A stretch of DNA of 63,440 nucleotides, counting the filler, from Rhabdomonas costata (lineage: Eukaryota), in the NCBI GenBank assembly GCA_019059605.1. It is 45 parts of 45 records of this genome, joined end to end, with 100 filler letters (N's around TTAATTAATTAA, not from the genome) between each part and the next. Parts side by side here need not be neighbours in the genome. Positions count along the whole stretch, not along the records: positions 62,129 to 63,440 come from JAHMHO010019776.1; 44 more parts are not named here. One strand, 5' to 3'. This document shows, piece after piece, positions 63,251 to 63,440 of the stretch. Under the pieces are notes generated by a model that saw nothing but the letters and a program-made list of their open reading frames with translations, searched no databases and was not told the origin of the DNA. Made by a program: the position numbers and the translations under genes. The number at the start of each line of letters is the position of its first letter. Within the stretch, counting starts at the first letter, position 1.

Positions 63251-63440
63251 AAAACAGAGAAAAAAAAGGGAAGAGTGTCGCCAGCAGCCTTTCCTAACTT
63301 CACAGCCACGGGTGACTCAGAGCTTCTGGTATTCGCCGAGCCAGAAGGCGGGCAGCGCTCGACCGCCTCCCCCACCTCGTTATTCCGCCTTCCCAACTCC
63401 AGCATGACCTCACCGCAGTCGATGTCCGAGATAACAACAA

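Overview
This window is not contiguous. It is 45 unrelated contigs of about 1.31 kb each, joined by an artificial 100-bp linker (N44-TTAATTAATTAA-N44). Many contig ends are G/T-only (or A/C-only) and several fold back on themselves, which points to a whole-genome-amplified, probably single-cell, assembly. Most contigs are fragments of an intron-rich eukaryotic nuclear genome, with short GC-rich exons and GT-AG introns with weak GTNYG-type donors. A flagellated protist, plausibly a euglenid or other euglenozoan, is inferred. Splicing by hand recovers partial genes for RRP4/EXOSC2, calpain, a voltage-gated Ca2+ channel, an SLC25A39/40-like carrier, cysteine synthase, glutaredoxin, JMJD7, RME-8, VKOR, a hemerythrin, a zeta-toxin-like kinase, a Fam20/four-jointed-like kinase, a P5 ATPase, probable APC4 and DRC3, and RING, ankyrin, PH, SEL1, IPT/TIG and CUE domain proteins. 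Three pieces look non-host or mobile. (1) An AT-rich, intronless contig encodes a divergent protein-primed-type family B DNA polymerase, suggesting a Polinton-like virus or virophage-like element. (2) A decayed long ORF ends in a Dam-like N6-adenine methyltransferase domain of the kind carried by retrotransposons. (3) A fragment encodes a Merlin (IS1595-like) transposase. I saw no rRNA, tRNA or CRISPR array. All family assignments come from motif recognition, not database searches.
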